A stretch of 64,000 bases of DNA from Flavobacterium sp. Lineage in GTDB: Bacteria > Bacteroidota > Bacteroidia > Flavobacteriales > Flavobacteriaceae. How positions within the stretch are numbered: the stretch's first letter is position 1; each line of letters starts with the position of its first letter. The notes under the pieces are model-generated. The model saw only the letters and a list, made by a program, of their open reading frames with translations, was not told where the DNA came from and did not search any database. The stretch covers positions 77-64,076 of the forward strand of contig NZ_JAPZUB010000056.1 in assembly GCF_027533505.1 (NCBI RefSeq). The letters run 5' to 3'. Shown piece after piece: positions 41,440 through 51,115 of this stretch. A program made the translations under genes and the position numbers.

Positions 41440-41967
41440 ATGGATTTCCAACGTTTTTCCACTGAATTTATCGCAACATTCATCGTCATTATGGCAGTGA
41501 TTATTTTACGAGTAGTGATGGCGAAACTCGTACGTCGTTATGCGCAAAACAATCACACATTGGAGCACCGTACTAATTTGATAATCAAATATATTAATTT
41601 ACTGATTAACATCGTTGCTTTCATTGCCTTGATCATTGTTTGGGGCGTACAACAAGAAGATATTTTTCTCACAGTCTCTTCGGTTACCACCGTAATTGGA
41701 GTGGCTATGTTTGCCCAATGGTCGATTTTGAGCAACGTTACTTCGGGCGTGATTCTCTTTTTCTTTTTCCCGTTTAAAATTGGCGACGTGATTAAAATTC
41801 ACGACAAAGATTTTCCCGTAGAAGGAGAAATTGAAGACATCAATGCCTTTCATGTGGATTTACGCACACGAGAAGGCGAACGAATCACATATCCCAACAA
41901 TTTATTATTGCAAAAAGGAATTTCGATTGTGCAGCATGAGGCAGACCCTCGAGAGTTTATGGATTAG
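41440..41967 (+). CDS. Small-conductance mechanosensitive channel (MscS) family protein
   Basis: TM segments followed by FPFKIGDVIKI...GEIEDI...ITYPNNLLLQK. Confidence 0.88.
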   Translation: MDFQRFSTEFIATFIVIMAVIILRVVMAKLVRRYAQNNHTLEHRTNLIIKYINLLINIVAFIALIIVWGVQQEDIFLTVSSVTTVIGVAMFAQWSILSNVTSGVILFFFFPFKIGDVIKIHDKDFPVEGEIEDINAFHVDLRTREGERITYPNNLLLQKGISIVQHEADPREFMD

Positions 41968-41985
41968 CATTAAAAGTACGTAACC

Positions 41986-42414
41986 ATGAAGCTAAGTTTT
42001 TTATTAATAACAACATTTTTTATCCTAAACCTATCTTTTGCTCAAGTAACTAAACTAGATGATTGGGATAGTGCTAAAGAGCAATCGGAATTGTCAGGAA
42101 AAAAGATTCTAATCATTTTAACGGGGGCAGAGTGGTGCAAACCTTGTGTGAAAATGGAGAAAAATGTAATGGAGAATCAACAATTTATTGATTATGCCAA
42201 TCAAAACCTTATAATTTTTGAGATTAACATTCCGCGAAATCAAAATTATAATACAAAAACAATGAAAGACTATTTGCATTTCAAAAACAAATACGTAACA
42301 AACGCATTACCAATAATGATTTTAGTCGATAAAAACGGTACGGAGATATTAAGAATTTCTAATAATCTAAGCTCATTAGAGAACGTACTTGAGAAATTAA
42401 AAAAATACAACTAA
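41986..42414 (+). CDS. Exported thioredoxin-like protein
   Basis: Signal peptide, WCKPC active site, and cis-Pro motif ALPIMILVD. Confidence 0.85.
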   Translation: MKLSFLLITTFFILNLSFAQVTKLDDWDSAKEQSELSGKKILIILTGAEWCKPCVKMEKNVMENQQFIDYANQNLIIFEINIPRNQNYNTKTMKDYLHFKNKYVTNALPIMILVDKNGTEILRISNNLSSLENVLEKLKKYN

Positions 42415-42633
42415 GTCTACTACAATTAAACTCCCCAATCGAATTCCCTCTTCTCCTGACTGTTTTCACCTAACCCTTTATCGCACAACTACCTTAGAAC
42501 GCTTATAAAGAAAGGACTCCAAAAACCTCCCAATATCATTTCGCCCCCTTTTCTATTTTTGTTAAAGAAAACGAAAAACAAAAACCCACTTCAGGGAAAT
42601 CCTTACTTTTGAATGAAATCAAAAAGTATACTC

Positions 42634-45126
42634 ATGCGTCAATCGTTTTGGTGGGTAGCCCTGGTGTGGACAAGCCTCGTTGCCACTGCGCAACGTCCAG
42701 AAAAACCTAGTGCTTCAGACATTTATCATCAAATTGAAAAATTAAATTTTCTAGGGAATGTGCTCTACGTAGCTGCACATCCCGATGACGAAAACACCCG
42801 ACTCATCGCTTACCTCGCCAATCACGTTCATGCCCGAACAGGCTATTTGTCGCTCACCCGCGGCGATGGGGGACAGAATCTAATCGGTCCCGAATTACGG
42901 GAGTTGCTCGGTGTTATTCGCACGCAAGAGTTGATCGAAGCACGAAAAATTGACGGCGGAGAACAATATTTCACCCGCGCTAACGATTTTGGTTTTTCTA
43001 AAAATCCAACGGAAACGCTTGCGATATGGGATAAAGAGCAGGTATTGAGCGATATGGTTTGGGTTATCCGTCAATTTCGCCCCGATATTATCATCAATCG
43101 TTTTGATCATCGTTCCCCCGGAACCACCCATGGGCATCATACCGCCTCTGCGCAATTGGCATTGGAAGCTTTTGACCTTAGTGCTTCAGCCGCTTCATTT
43201 CCTGAGCAGTTAGCATTTACCCAACTTTGGCAACCCAAACGTATTTATTTTAATACTTCGTGGTGGTTTTATGGCAGTAAAGAAAAATTTGAAAAAGCCG
43301 ATAAGTCCAATTTAACGGGCTTAGACATTGGTGTTTTTTATCCCTACAATGGAAAATCCAACCAAGAAATCGCCGCTTTGAGTAGCAGTTGCCACCAATC
43401 ACAAGGTTTCGGAAACACGGGTACTCGCGGAAGTGAAATGGAATATTTAGAATGGTTAAAAGGCGATAAACCCATCGCTTCATCCCATCTTTTTGAAGGT
43501 ATCGATACCACTTGGAACCGCTTACCGGAAGGAAAACCTATTGGAGACCTTTTGGAAGGCGTTCAAAAATCGTTCAACTTCAATAATCCTGCGGCAAGTC
43601 TCCCCGAGTTGGTTAAAGCGTATGCCTTAATTCAAGAAATCGCTGATCCGTTTTGGCGGGAACAAAAATCGGAGGAAATCAAACGAATTATAGCAGCATG
43701 TGCGGGACTTTATCTAGAAGCCGTAGCCGACACTCAAGAAGCTACTCCTGGAAGTACTCTTGGCATTAAAGTCGAAGCCATCAACCGAAGTACGGCCGCT
43801 ATTCGTTTGACACGAATAGAATCCTATCCTTCAACCCCAGTAGCATGGAACAATGTTTCACTTCCCTACAATCAGGCCAAGACCCATAGTTTTACTTTGA
43901 CATTACCGGCGAACTACCCCTACACGGCACCTTACTATTTGGAAGAATCGGCAAGTTTGGGAATGTATACAGTTTCATCGCTTACCCGTCGTGGCAAACC
44001 CGATGTGGAGCGCCCGACCTGCATTACTTTTACCCTATCGATTTTAGGGGTTGATATTCCCTACACCAAAAAGGTAGTGTACAAGTACAATGACGATGTA
44101 AAAGGCGAAGTCTACCAACCGCTCGATATCGTGCCTGCGGTAACTTCGTCAGTCAAAGACAAGGTGATGATTTTTCCCAAGAATAGAGCGCGAGAAGTTC
44201 AAGTAGTCGTCAAAGCAGGGAAAGACAACATCGCGGGAACCGTACGTGTGGAAGTTCCCGCCACTTGGAAGATGAGCCCCGAATCCATCCCTTTTTCGCT
44301 CCAACGAAAAGGCGAAACGACTACGCTAACCTTTACGCTTACACCACCAAAAGAAGCCTCAGAAGCGGTTATACAGAGTGTAGTTACCGTGGGTGAAGCA
44401 ACCTATTCATGGGATAAAGTGGATATTCAATACCCCCATATTTACAAACAAATGGTATTGAAACCCGCAACGGCCAAAGCGATCAAGTTGGATATCAAAA
44501 CCAATGAAGAGAAAATTGGCTATATCAGGGGCGCTGGCGATGAAGTCCCCACAAGTTTGCAGCAAATGGGGTATTCGGTGACGCTTTTACAACCCGAATC
44601 GTTGACAGCCCAAACACTTCAAGCCTTTGATGTAGTGATTACGGGAATTCGGGCCTACAATGTGGTCAGTGCATTGGGGTACAAGCAAGCCTTGTTATTG
44701 GATTTTGTAAAAAATGGAAAAACGTTAATTGTGCAGTACAATACCTTGGATGATTTTGTGACCAAAGACTTTGCCCCCTACCCGATCAAAATTTCGCGCG
44801 ATCGCGTCACTGAAGAGACCGCAGAGGTGCGCTTCTTACAGCCCAACCATCGAATCATGACAAGCCCCAACAAGCTTACCCTTGCCGATTTTAAAGGATG
44901 GAAACAAGAACAAGGACTCTATTATCCGAGCGAATGGGATCGTCAATACACAGCACTCCTTTCGGCAAATGATACGGGAGAAAAACCCAATGACGGCGCA
45001 TTATTGGTGGCAACCTATGGAAAAGGAACGTATATTTACACGGGGTTAAGCTTTTTCCGAGAGCTTCCAGAAGGAGTTCCAGGAGCTTATCGATTATTGG
45101 CCAATTTAATTTCGGCCGGAAAATAA
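42634..45126 (+). CDS. Secreted PIG-L/LmbE-family deacetylase with C-terminal accessory domains
   Basis: Motifs AAHPDDEN, TRGDGGQN, DFGFSK and HGHHTAS. A TACTTTTG box at 42604-42611 makes ATG 42634 likelier than 42613. Confidence 0.88.
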   Translation: MRQSFWWVALVWTSLVATAQRPEKPSASDIYHQIEKLNFLGNVLYVAAHPDDENTRLIAYLANHVHARTGYLSLTRGDGGQNLIGPELRELLGVIRTQELIEARKIDGGEQYFTRANDFGFSKNPTETLAIWDKEQVLSDMVWVIRQFRPDIIINRFDHRSPGTTHGHHTASAQLALEAFDLSASAASFPEQLAFTQLWQPKRIYFNTSWWFYGSKEKFEKADKSNLTGLDIGVFYPYNGKSNQEIAALSSSCHQSQGFGNTGTRGSEMEYLEWLKGDKPIASSHLFEGIDTTWNRLPEGKPIGDLLEGVQKSFNFNNPAASLPELVKAYALIQEIADPFWREQKSEEIKRIIAACAGLYLEAVADTQEATPGSTLGIKVEAINRSTAAIRLTRIESYPSTPVAWNNVSLPYNQAKTHSFTLTLPANYPYTAPYYLEESASLGMYTVSSLTRRGKPDVERPTCITFTLSILGVDIPYTKKVVYKYNDDVKGEVYQPLDIVPAVTSSVKDKVMIFPKNRAREVQVVVKAGKDNIAGTVRVEVPATWKMSPESIPFSLQRKGETTTLTFTLTPPKEASEAVIQSVVTVGEATYSWDKVDIQYPHIYKQMVLKPATAKAIKLDIKTNEEKIGYIRGAGDEVPTSLQQMGYSVTLLQPESLTAQTLQAFDVVITGIRAYNVVSALGYKQALLLDFVKNGKTLIVQYNTLDDFVTKDFAPYPIKISRDRVTEETAEVRFLQPNHRIMTSPNKLTLADFKGWKQEQGLYYPSEWDRQYTALLSANDTGEKPNDGALLVATYGKGTYIYTGLSFFRELPEGVPGAYRLLANLISAGK

Positions 45127-45240
45127 ATGCATATGAAATCAGACAACGAATCCCGCTGGACCAATCGATACACATGGCTGTTGGTCATTAACGCTGTGTA
45201 TATCTTAATTTTCTTTTTACTCATGCAAAATTACTCTTAG
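45127..45240 (+). CDS. Unannotated 37-aa single-TM protein between the PIG-L and symporter genes
   Basis: MHMKSDNESRWTNRYTWLLVINAVYILIFFLLMQNYS*. It fills the gap exactly, from the PIG-L stop at 45126 to the symporter ATG at 45241. Confidence 0.7.
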   Translation: MHMKSDNESRWTNRYTWLLVINAVYILIFFLLMQNYS

Positions 45241-46959
45241 ATGCAGCAAATCGATTGGATTATTTTATCGGTCACATTACTTACCATTGTGGTGTATGGG
45301 GTATACAAAACCCAAGGCAGCCGTAATGTCGAAGAATATATTTTGGGCAACAAACAAACCAATTGGTTTACCGTAGGGATTTCGGTAATGGCCACACAAG
45401 CCAGTGCGATTACCTTTCTTTCTACGCCAGGGCAAGCCTACCACGATGGTATGGGCTTTGTGCAATTTTACTTCGGTTTGCCCATTGCTATGGTGGTCAT
45501 TTCGCTCACCTTTATTCCCATTTACCATAAATTACGAGTCTTCACTGCTTACGAGTACCTGGAGCAGCGCTTTGATTTAAAAACCCGATCGCTGGCCTCC
45601 ATTCTCTTTTTGATTCAACGGGGATTGGGAACAGGATTAACCATTTATGCCCCTTCCATCATTTTATCAACGCTTTTGGGGTGGAATCTAACGTTACTCA
45701 ACGTCATTATTGGAATTCTTGTAATTATCTATACCTTTTCGGGAGGAACCAAGGCAGTCAATGTGACGCAAAAACAACAAATGTTTGTTATCATGAGTGG
45801 CATGTTTATTACCTTTTTTCTTATTTTATACATGTTGCCCAATGATATGACCTTTTCCAATGCGTTGCATATCGCAGGGGCCAATGAAAAAATGAATATT
45901 GTCGATTTTTCATTTGATCCTGAAACGCGCTATACTATTTGGAGCGGAATCGCAGGTGGATTTTTCTTGAGCTTAGCTTATTTTGGAACCGATCAATCGC
46001 AGGTAGGCCGTTATCTTTCAGGAAAATCAGACAAAGAAAGTCAGATGGGTTTGATTATGAATGGGTTTTTGAAGGTTCCCATGCAGTTTTTTATTCTTTT
46101 GATAGGCGTCATGGTTTTTGTGTTTTTCCAATTTCATGAAGTGCCTCTAAATTTTAACCCTGTCAACAAAGCGGCTATTGAAAAATCGCCTTATGCTGCC
46201 CAATACCAACAGTTGGAAGAGCAACTCAAAGCCCTCACCGAGGAGAAAAAAGAATACAACTTACTGTATATTGACCATCTTAATCAAAATTACGATAATC
46301 CTATTTTACGGAATCGTTTGACGGCCATTTCTGGTAAGGAGCGTGATCTTCGTGACCAAGCTAAAGAACTCATTGCCAAAGCCGATCCAAAAGCGGAGAC
46401 CAACGATAAAGACTATGTGTTTTTGTACTTCATTTTAAATTACCTTCCCAAGGGATTGATCGGTTTACTGCTCGCAGTAATTCTTTCTGCAGCCATGTCG
46501 TCGTCGGCATCGGGATTGAATGCCCTGGCATCAACTACGGCGATTGATATTTACAAGCGCAATCTGAAAACGGAAAAGAGTGACCGGCACTATGTCATGG
46601 CTACCCGTTATTTTACGCTACTTTGGGGCATAATTGCCATTTTGTTTGCCTGTGTGGGAACGCTTTTTGAAAACTTGATTCAATTGGTTAACATTGTTGG
46701 GTCGATTTTCTACGGCACTGTTTTGGGTATTTTCTTGGTAGGCTTCTACATCCGTTCCATCAAAGCGCATGCGATTTTCTATGGGGCCGTACTTTGCCAA
46801 TTGTTGATTTTCTATATCTATTATCTGGATGTGGTGAGTTTCCTATGGTTGAATTTTATTGGTGCCATGTTGACCATCACCTTGGCGTGGATAATTCAAA
46901 AAACACAACCCAAAGCCCCAAATGCATCTGAAATCACAGCGGAAACACCCCTTACTTAA
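45241..46959 (+). CDS. Sodium:solute symporter (SSS) family protein
   Basis: Motifs SVMATQASAITF, TAYEYLEQRFD, GTDQSQVGRYL and AAMSSSASGLNALAS. Confidence 0.92.
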   Translation: MQQIDWIILSVTLLTIVVYGVYKTQGSRNVEEYILGNKQTNWFTVGISVMATQASAITFLSTPGQAYHDGMGFVQFYFGLPIAMVVISLTFIPIYHKLRVFTAYEYLEQRFDLKTRSLASILFLIQRGLGTGLTIYAPSIILSTLLGWNLTLLNVIIGILVIIYTFSGGTKAVNVTQKQQMFVIMSGMFITFFLILYMLPNDMTFSNALHIAGANEKMNIVDFSFDPETRYTIWSGIAGGFFLSLAYFGTDQSQVGRYLSGKSDKESQMGLIMNGFLKVPMQFFILLIGVMVFVFFQFHEVPLNFNPVNKAAIEKSPYAAQYQQLEEQLKALTEEKKEYNLLYIDHLNQNYDNPILRNRLTAISGKERDLRDQAKELIAKADPKAETNDKDYVFLYFILNYLPKGLIGLLLAVILSAAMSSSASGLNALASTTAIDIYKRNLKTEKSDRHYVMATRYFTLLWGIIAILFACVGTLFENLIQLVNIVGSIFYGTVLGIFLVGFYIRSIKAHAIFYGAVLCQLLIFYIYYLDVVSFLWLNFIGAMLTITLAWIIQKTQPKAPNASEITAETPLT

Positions 46960-47600
46960 GGCAAGATAAAGTAATAGATCGCCACAAAATGACTGGTACT
47001 TCCTGCCAATACAAAGAGGTGCCAAATAGGATGGTAATAGCGTTTTCGATCGTTGGCATAAAAGTAAATTCCCGCGGTGTAAAAGAAGCCCCCTAAGGCA
47101 ATTCCAATAAGCGCTTCTCGCGATAGTCGTTCGATCATAGGGTCAATGGCAATGACGCATATCCAACCCATTAACGCATATAAACCAAGGGAAATGCGCT
47201 CCTGGTGGCGAAAACGCGAAAATTTGAAACCGAAACCCACGATAGCCAAAGTCCAAATGAGAACAAGCAACGTCCAACCCCATACCCCTTGAAGTCCCAC
47301 CAAAACTACAGGAGTATACGTTCCGGCAATGAGCACATAAATACTCAAATGATCCAGACGCTGCCCTATTTTTTTATGACGCAAACGCCAAACCGCATGA
47401 TAAAAGGTTGAAGCGGCATACAACAGTAACAAACTCCCCCCAAAAGTCAATGCTGCAATAGCCGTCACCCAATCAGCGTACTGCACACTTTTTTGGAGCA
47501 ATAAAAAAAGAGCGACACACGATAAAATTGTGCCCATCCCGTGGGTGATGACATTGTACCGTTCTTCTATTTTTCTGTTCTTACGAGGTTTGAGCATCAT
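46956..47600 (-). CDS. PAQR / hemolysin-III family membrane protein
   Basis: Motifs EERYN.ITHG, STFYH, LDHLSIYVLIAGTYTP and WHLFVLAGS..H. The ORF opens at 47618; ATG at 47600 follows a TATCTTTG box. Confidence 0.88.
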   Translation of the reverse strand: MMLKPRKNRKIEERYNVITHGMGTILSCVALFLLLQKSVQYADWVTAIAALTFGGSLLLLYAASTFYHAVWRLRHKKIGQRLDHLSIYVLIAGTYTPVVLVGLQGVWGWTLLVLIWTLAIVGFGFKFSRFRHQERISLGLYALMGWICVIAIDPMIERLSREALIGIALGGFFYTAGIYFYANDRKRYYHPIWHLFVLAGSTSHFVAIYYFILP

Positions 47601-47616
47601 ACGGCAAAGATACTTC

Positions 47617-47640
47617 AAAAAAAAAGCCCCTTATTGGGGC
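47617..47640 (-). terminator. Intrinsic terminator after the DUF2911 gene
   Basis: GCCCC-TTATT-GGGGC stem with T9 on the minus strand. Confidence 0.65.
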
Positions 47641-47647
47641 CTTTTAC

Positions 47648-48499
47648 TTATTTACTCCATTCTTTTATAGAGTCATTATTCATTTTGACATAATCGTCAT
47701 TTTTCTCTTTTTGGGCTCCCGCCAACGACAACTTAGCCGTTTCAATGGCGCCTTTTTTATCCCCTAATTTCGCTTGAATCAAGGACTTTAGACGCAAATG
47801 CCAAAACGGTGCATCTTCCCCTGGTTTTACCATGCTGATGGCTTTGTTGATAAACTCCAAGGCCTTGTTGTGGTCAATGTTGGCTTGGTAATAGTACTGT
47901 GCTGATGAAAAATAATCGCCAGCCGTTGGACCCGCCAATACTTTTGCAATACTTGCCATAGCCGCTTTTTTGGAAGGCACTTCAAATTTTAATGCCACAA
48001 ACGTTTTTTCCCAAGCAATTTCCAACTCTGCCGAATCATTCGTAACATTGCCGATACTCAAGGTAAACGTCTCCACACGACGATCGGTCAAAATAGGTTT
48101 AGCATTTGCACGTAACGCTACTTCTGATTCTTTAAACTCTTCAGGCGTACCCCAATTGTCGGTATTCTTGTAAAAAATAATTTCCCAAGTATCTGCTTTG
48201 GGCACTGTAAATAAGGCATATTTCCCTTTCGGTAAAACCTTTCCCTCTATAGTTACATCATCAGAAAATGTGATTAGGGAATTGTAATTGGCTCCCGTTC
48301 TCCATAATTTCCCAAAAGGAACCAAATCCCCAAAAATAGTACGTCCTTTGGCACTTGGACGGGAGTAGTCTAATGTAACATCGGTTAACCCTACCACTTG
48401 TTGAACAGTGGTTTTTGGACTCGGTTGTGGTGTTTTTACTTGCGCTTCAATGGCATAGGTGGCCAACATGAAGGCGACAGCATAGATTAGTTTTTTCAT
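47648..48499 (-). CDS. DUF2911 domain exported protein with C-terminal TPR-like helices
   Basis: Motifs PQPSP...Q.VGLTD..LDYSRPSAKGR.IFG.LVPFGKLWRTGAN. Confidence 0.85.
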   Translation of the reverse strand: MKKLIYAVAFMLATYAIEAQVKTPQPSPKTTVQQVVGLTDVTLDYSRPSAKGRTIFGDLVPFGKLWRTGANYNSLITFSDDVTIEGKVLPKGKYALFTVPKADTWEIIFYKNTDNWGTPEEFKESEVALRANAKPILTDRRVETFTLSIGNVTNDSAELEIAWEKTFVALKFEVPSKKAAMASIAKVLAGPTAGDYFSSAQYYYQANIDHNKALEFINKAISMVKPGEDAPFWHLRLKSLIQAKLGDKKGAIETAKLSLAGAQKEKNDDYVKMNNDSIKEWSK

Positions 48500-48639
48500 T
48501 TGTTCTGTTTTTTAGTACCGTCAAAATTACTAAATCACGGTAGGCAAACTGTTAATTTAAACTTAAATGAATATAAATTTTGTTTAACATACTTTTCTAT
48601 TAGTTAAACAAACTATATCTTTACCCAAAATATAAACGT

Positions 48640-49110
48640 ATGAAAATTTACACCCTTAAGTCCAAACAAAAATTGCCCATCTCGTTGGAGCAAGCTTGGG
48701 ATTTCTTTTCCGACCCGATGAACTTGAACACCATTACACCTGATGATATGGGATTCAAGACCCTTTCGGGAGCCGATCGCAAAATGTATCCTGGACAGGT
48801 AATTCAATATATTGTAACGCCGCTATTAGGCATTCCTATGAAATGGGTTACTGAAATTACACACGTAATTGACAACGAATATTTTGTCGATGAACAACGT
48901 TTCGGTCCTTATGCCTTATGGCACCACAAACATTTTTTCAAAGAAATTCCGGGTGGTGTTGAAATGGAAGATATCGTTGATTACAAATTGCCCATGGGCG
49001 TTTTGGGACAACTGATGCATCCGGTGTTGGTCCGTCCGCGGTTGGAACAAATTTTTGCCTATCGTACCCAAAAACTTATCGAATTATTTGGTGAATATAA
49101 ATCAGCATAA
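48640..49110 (+). CDS. SRPBCC family protein
   Basis: Motifs AWDFFSDP.NL..ITP, WVTEIT, FVDEQR.GPY..WHHKH and DIVDY. Confidence 0.85.
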   Translation: MKIYTLKSKQKLPISLEQAWDFFSDPMNLNTITPDDMGFKTLSGADRKMYPGQVIQYIVTPLLGIPMKWVTEITHVIDNEYFVDEQRFGPYALWHHKHFFKEIPGGVEMEDIVDYKLPMGVLGQLMHPVLVRPRLEQIFAYRTQKLIELFGEYKSA

Positions 49111-49112
49111 TC

Positions 49113-49811
49113 ATGAAAAATATACTACTCATTGGCGGTTCCAAGGGAATTGGTCGTGCTTTAGCCCAACAATTGCAATTTGAAAGCAATCTTTTTGTTG
49201 CTTCACGAAGTATTGAAGACTTGGGCGATTTAAAGTTGACCCACATCCCTTTTGACGCTACACACGACACCTTAGATACGAGTGCGTTACCCGCTGAACT
49301 TCACGGATTGGTATACCTTCCTGGAAGTATAAATTTACGTCCGTTTAAAGGACTAAAACCTGAAGCCTTTGAGTCCGATTTGCATATCAACTTTTTAGGC
49401 CTGGTCAAAGTAATGCAAACGGTTTTACCGCAACTCACGGCTGCGCCACAATCGAGTGTTGTGGCCTTCAGTTCGGTAGCGGCAACGATGGGAATGCCTT
49501 TCCATACCTCTGTTGCAGCTGCCAAAGGAGCCATTGAAGGGTTTTCCAAAGCGTTTGCTGCCGAATATGCCCCTAAAGTTCGCATGAATGTTATCGCTCC
49601 TTCGTTGACGGACACTCCATTGGCAGACAAATTTTTAAATTCGGAGGAGAAAAAGGAAAAGGCAGCCTTGCGCAACCCCATGAAAAAAGTAGGAACGCCC
49701 CAAGATATTGCGCAAATGACAGCCTTTTTGCTGAGCGAACAGAGCAATTGGATTACGGGACAGGTATTTGCCGTCGATGGTGGAATGTCTACACTTTTAG
49801 TCAATGGATAA
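49113..49811 (+). CDS. Short-chain dehydrogenase/reductase
   Basis: GGSKGIG, RMNVIAPSLTDT and WITGQ..VDGG. The catalytic YxxxK is degenerate (V-AAA-K). Confidence 0.88.
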   Translation: MKNILLIGGSKGIGRALAQQLQFESNLFVASRSIEDLGDLKLTHIPFDATHDTLDTSALPAELHGLVYLPGSINLRPFKGLKPEAFESDLHINFLGLVKVMQTVLPQLTAAPQSSVVAFSSVAATMGMPFHTSVAAAKGAIEGFSKAFAAEYAPKVRMNVIAPSLTDTPLADKFLNSEEKKEKAALRNPMKKVGTPQDIAQMTAFLLSEQSNWITGQVFAVDGGMSTLLVNG

Positions 49812-51099
49812 AATTTCTATTTTTTGGTTTCGAAGAGACCTCCGGGTGACTGACAATGTTGGGCTGTTTCATGCGTTAAACAGCGGCCATCCTGTTTTGC
49901 CTATTTTCATTTTTGACACCAGTATTTTGTCACAATTACCGCCCGATGATGCCCGCGTGAGTTTTATACACCGTTGCTTGGAGGAAATTCAAAGTGCCTT
50001 GCAACAAGTGGGTAAATCATTGGCGGTTTTTCATGGAACCCCTGAGGCGGTTTTTACCGAATTGGTGAAGAAGCACGTTATCGATACCGTATATACCAAC
50101 CACGATTATGAACCCTATGCCCGTAAACGTGACAAGACGTTACACCAACTCTTTCAAGCGCATAACATTGCTTTTAAAACTTCGAAAGACCAAGTGATTT
50201 TTGAAAAAAATGAAGTGGTTAAAGACGATGGTACGCCTTATGTGGTTTATACCCCCTACAGCCGACGTTGGAAAGAACGTTTCAAAACCATTACCGTAAC
50301 ACACCATCCATCGGAGACGCTGCTCCATCAAGTGTGCGCGCATGATTATCCGTTCCTTACGTTGGAAGATATTGGATTTAAACCAACTGCAATTGCCGTT
50401 CGACCCTACGATATCTCGGCTTCGTTGATTCAGAATTATGAAGCCACGCGCAACTTTCCAGCGCTAAATAAAACCTCTTTTTTGGGGATTTACTTACGGT
50501 TTGGTGCCGTTTCCATTCGGCAGATGATCGCCAAAGCCATAGCTGAAAAAAACGAAACCTTTTGGAATGAATTGATATGGCGCGAATTTTTCATGCAAAT
50601 TCTATGGCATTTCCCGCATACGGTTCATCAAAGTTTTAAGTCAAAATACGATGAGATTGCCTGGGATAACAACACCGATTGGTTTGAAAAATGGTGCCAA
50701 GGGCAAACAGGTTACCCCATTGTTGATGCCGGAATGCGCGAACTCAATGCGACAGGCCATATGCACAACCGCGTTCGCATGATTACGGCCAGTTTTTTAT
50801 GCAAACATCTCCTTATCGATTGGCGTTGGGGTGAAAGTTATTTTGCCTTAAAACTTCTCGACTACGAACAAGCCAGTAATGTTGGCAATTGGCAATGGGC
50901 CGCAGGAAGTGGTGTAGATGCTGCGCCGTATTTTCGTATTTTCAATCCTACAGAGCAGCAAAAAAAATTTGATAAAGATTGGAAATACATTCGCCATTGG
51001 GTTCCCGAAGTAGACACTACTGCGTATACCCAACCCATTGTTGACCATAAAGAAGCCCGTGATCGTTGTTTGCGGGTATACAAAGCCGCTGTAGGATAA
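49804..51099 (+). CDS. phrB: DNA photolyase (CPD photolyase / cryptochrome family)
   Basis: Motifs [38 protein letters not shown] and [10 protein letters not shown]. Confidence 0.88.
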   Translation: MDKISIFWFRRDLRVTDNVGLFHALNSGHPVLPIFIFDTSILSQLPPDDARVSFIHRCLEEIQSALQQVGKSLAVFHGTPEAVFTELVKKHVIDTVYTNHDYEPYARKRDKTLHQLFQAHNIAFKTSKDQVIFEKNEVVKDDGTPYVVYTPYSRRWKERFKTITVTHHPSETLLHQVCAHDYPFLTLEDIGFKPTAIAVRPYDISASLIQNYEATRNFPALNKTSFLGIYLRFGAVSIRQMIAKAIAEKNETFWNELIWREFFMQILWHFPHTVHQSFKSKYDEIAWDNNTDWFEKWCQGQTGYPIVDAGMRELNATGHMHNRVRMITASFLCKHLLIDWRWGESYFALKLLDYEQASNVGNWQWAAGSGVDAAPYFRIFNPTEQQKKFDKDWKYIRHWVPEVDTTAYTQPIVDHKEARDRCLRVYKAAVG

Positions 51100-51115
51100 C
51101 CCAAATGTAGACCTC

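Noticed and set aside
46956-46959. 4-bp convergent stop-codon overlap (also at 52567-52570)
   Set aside because: This is common in compact bacterial genomes.
46956-47600. Hemolysin as a virulence toxin
   Set aside because: Hemolysin-III/PAQR proteins are widespread membrane-homeostasis proteins; the name is not evidence of toxicity.
48617-48640. ATCT-N16-CGTA as an ECF promoter for the photolyase operon
   Set aside because: The -10 box overlaps the start codon, so the TSS would fall inside the ORF; TATCTTTA is a simpler -7 box.
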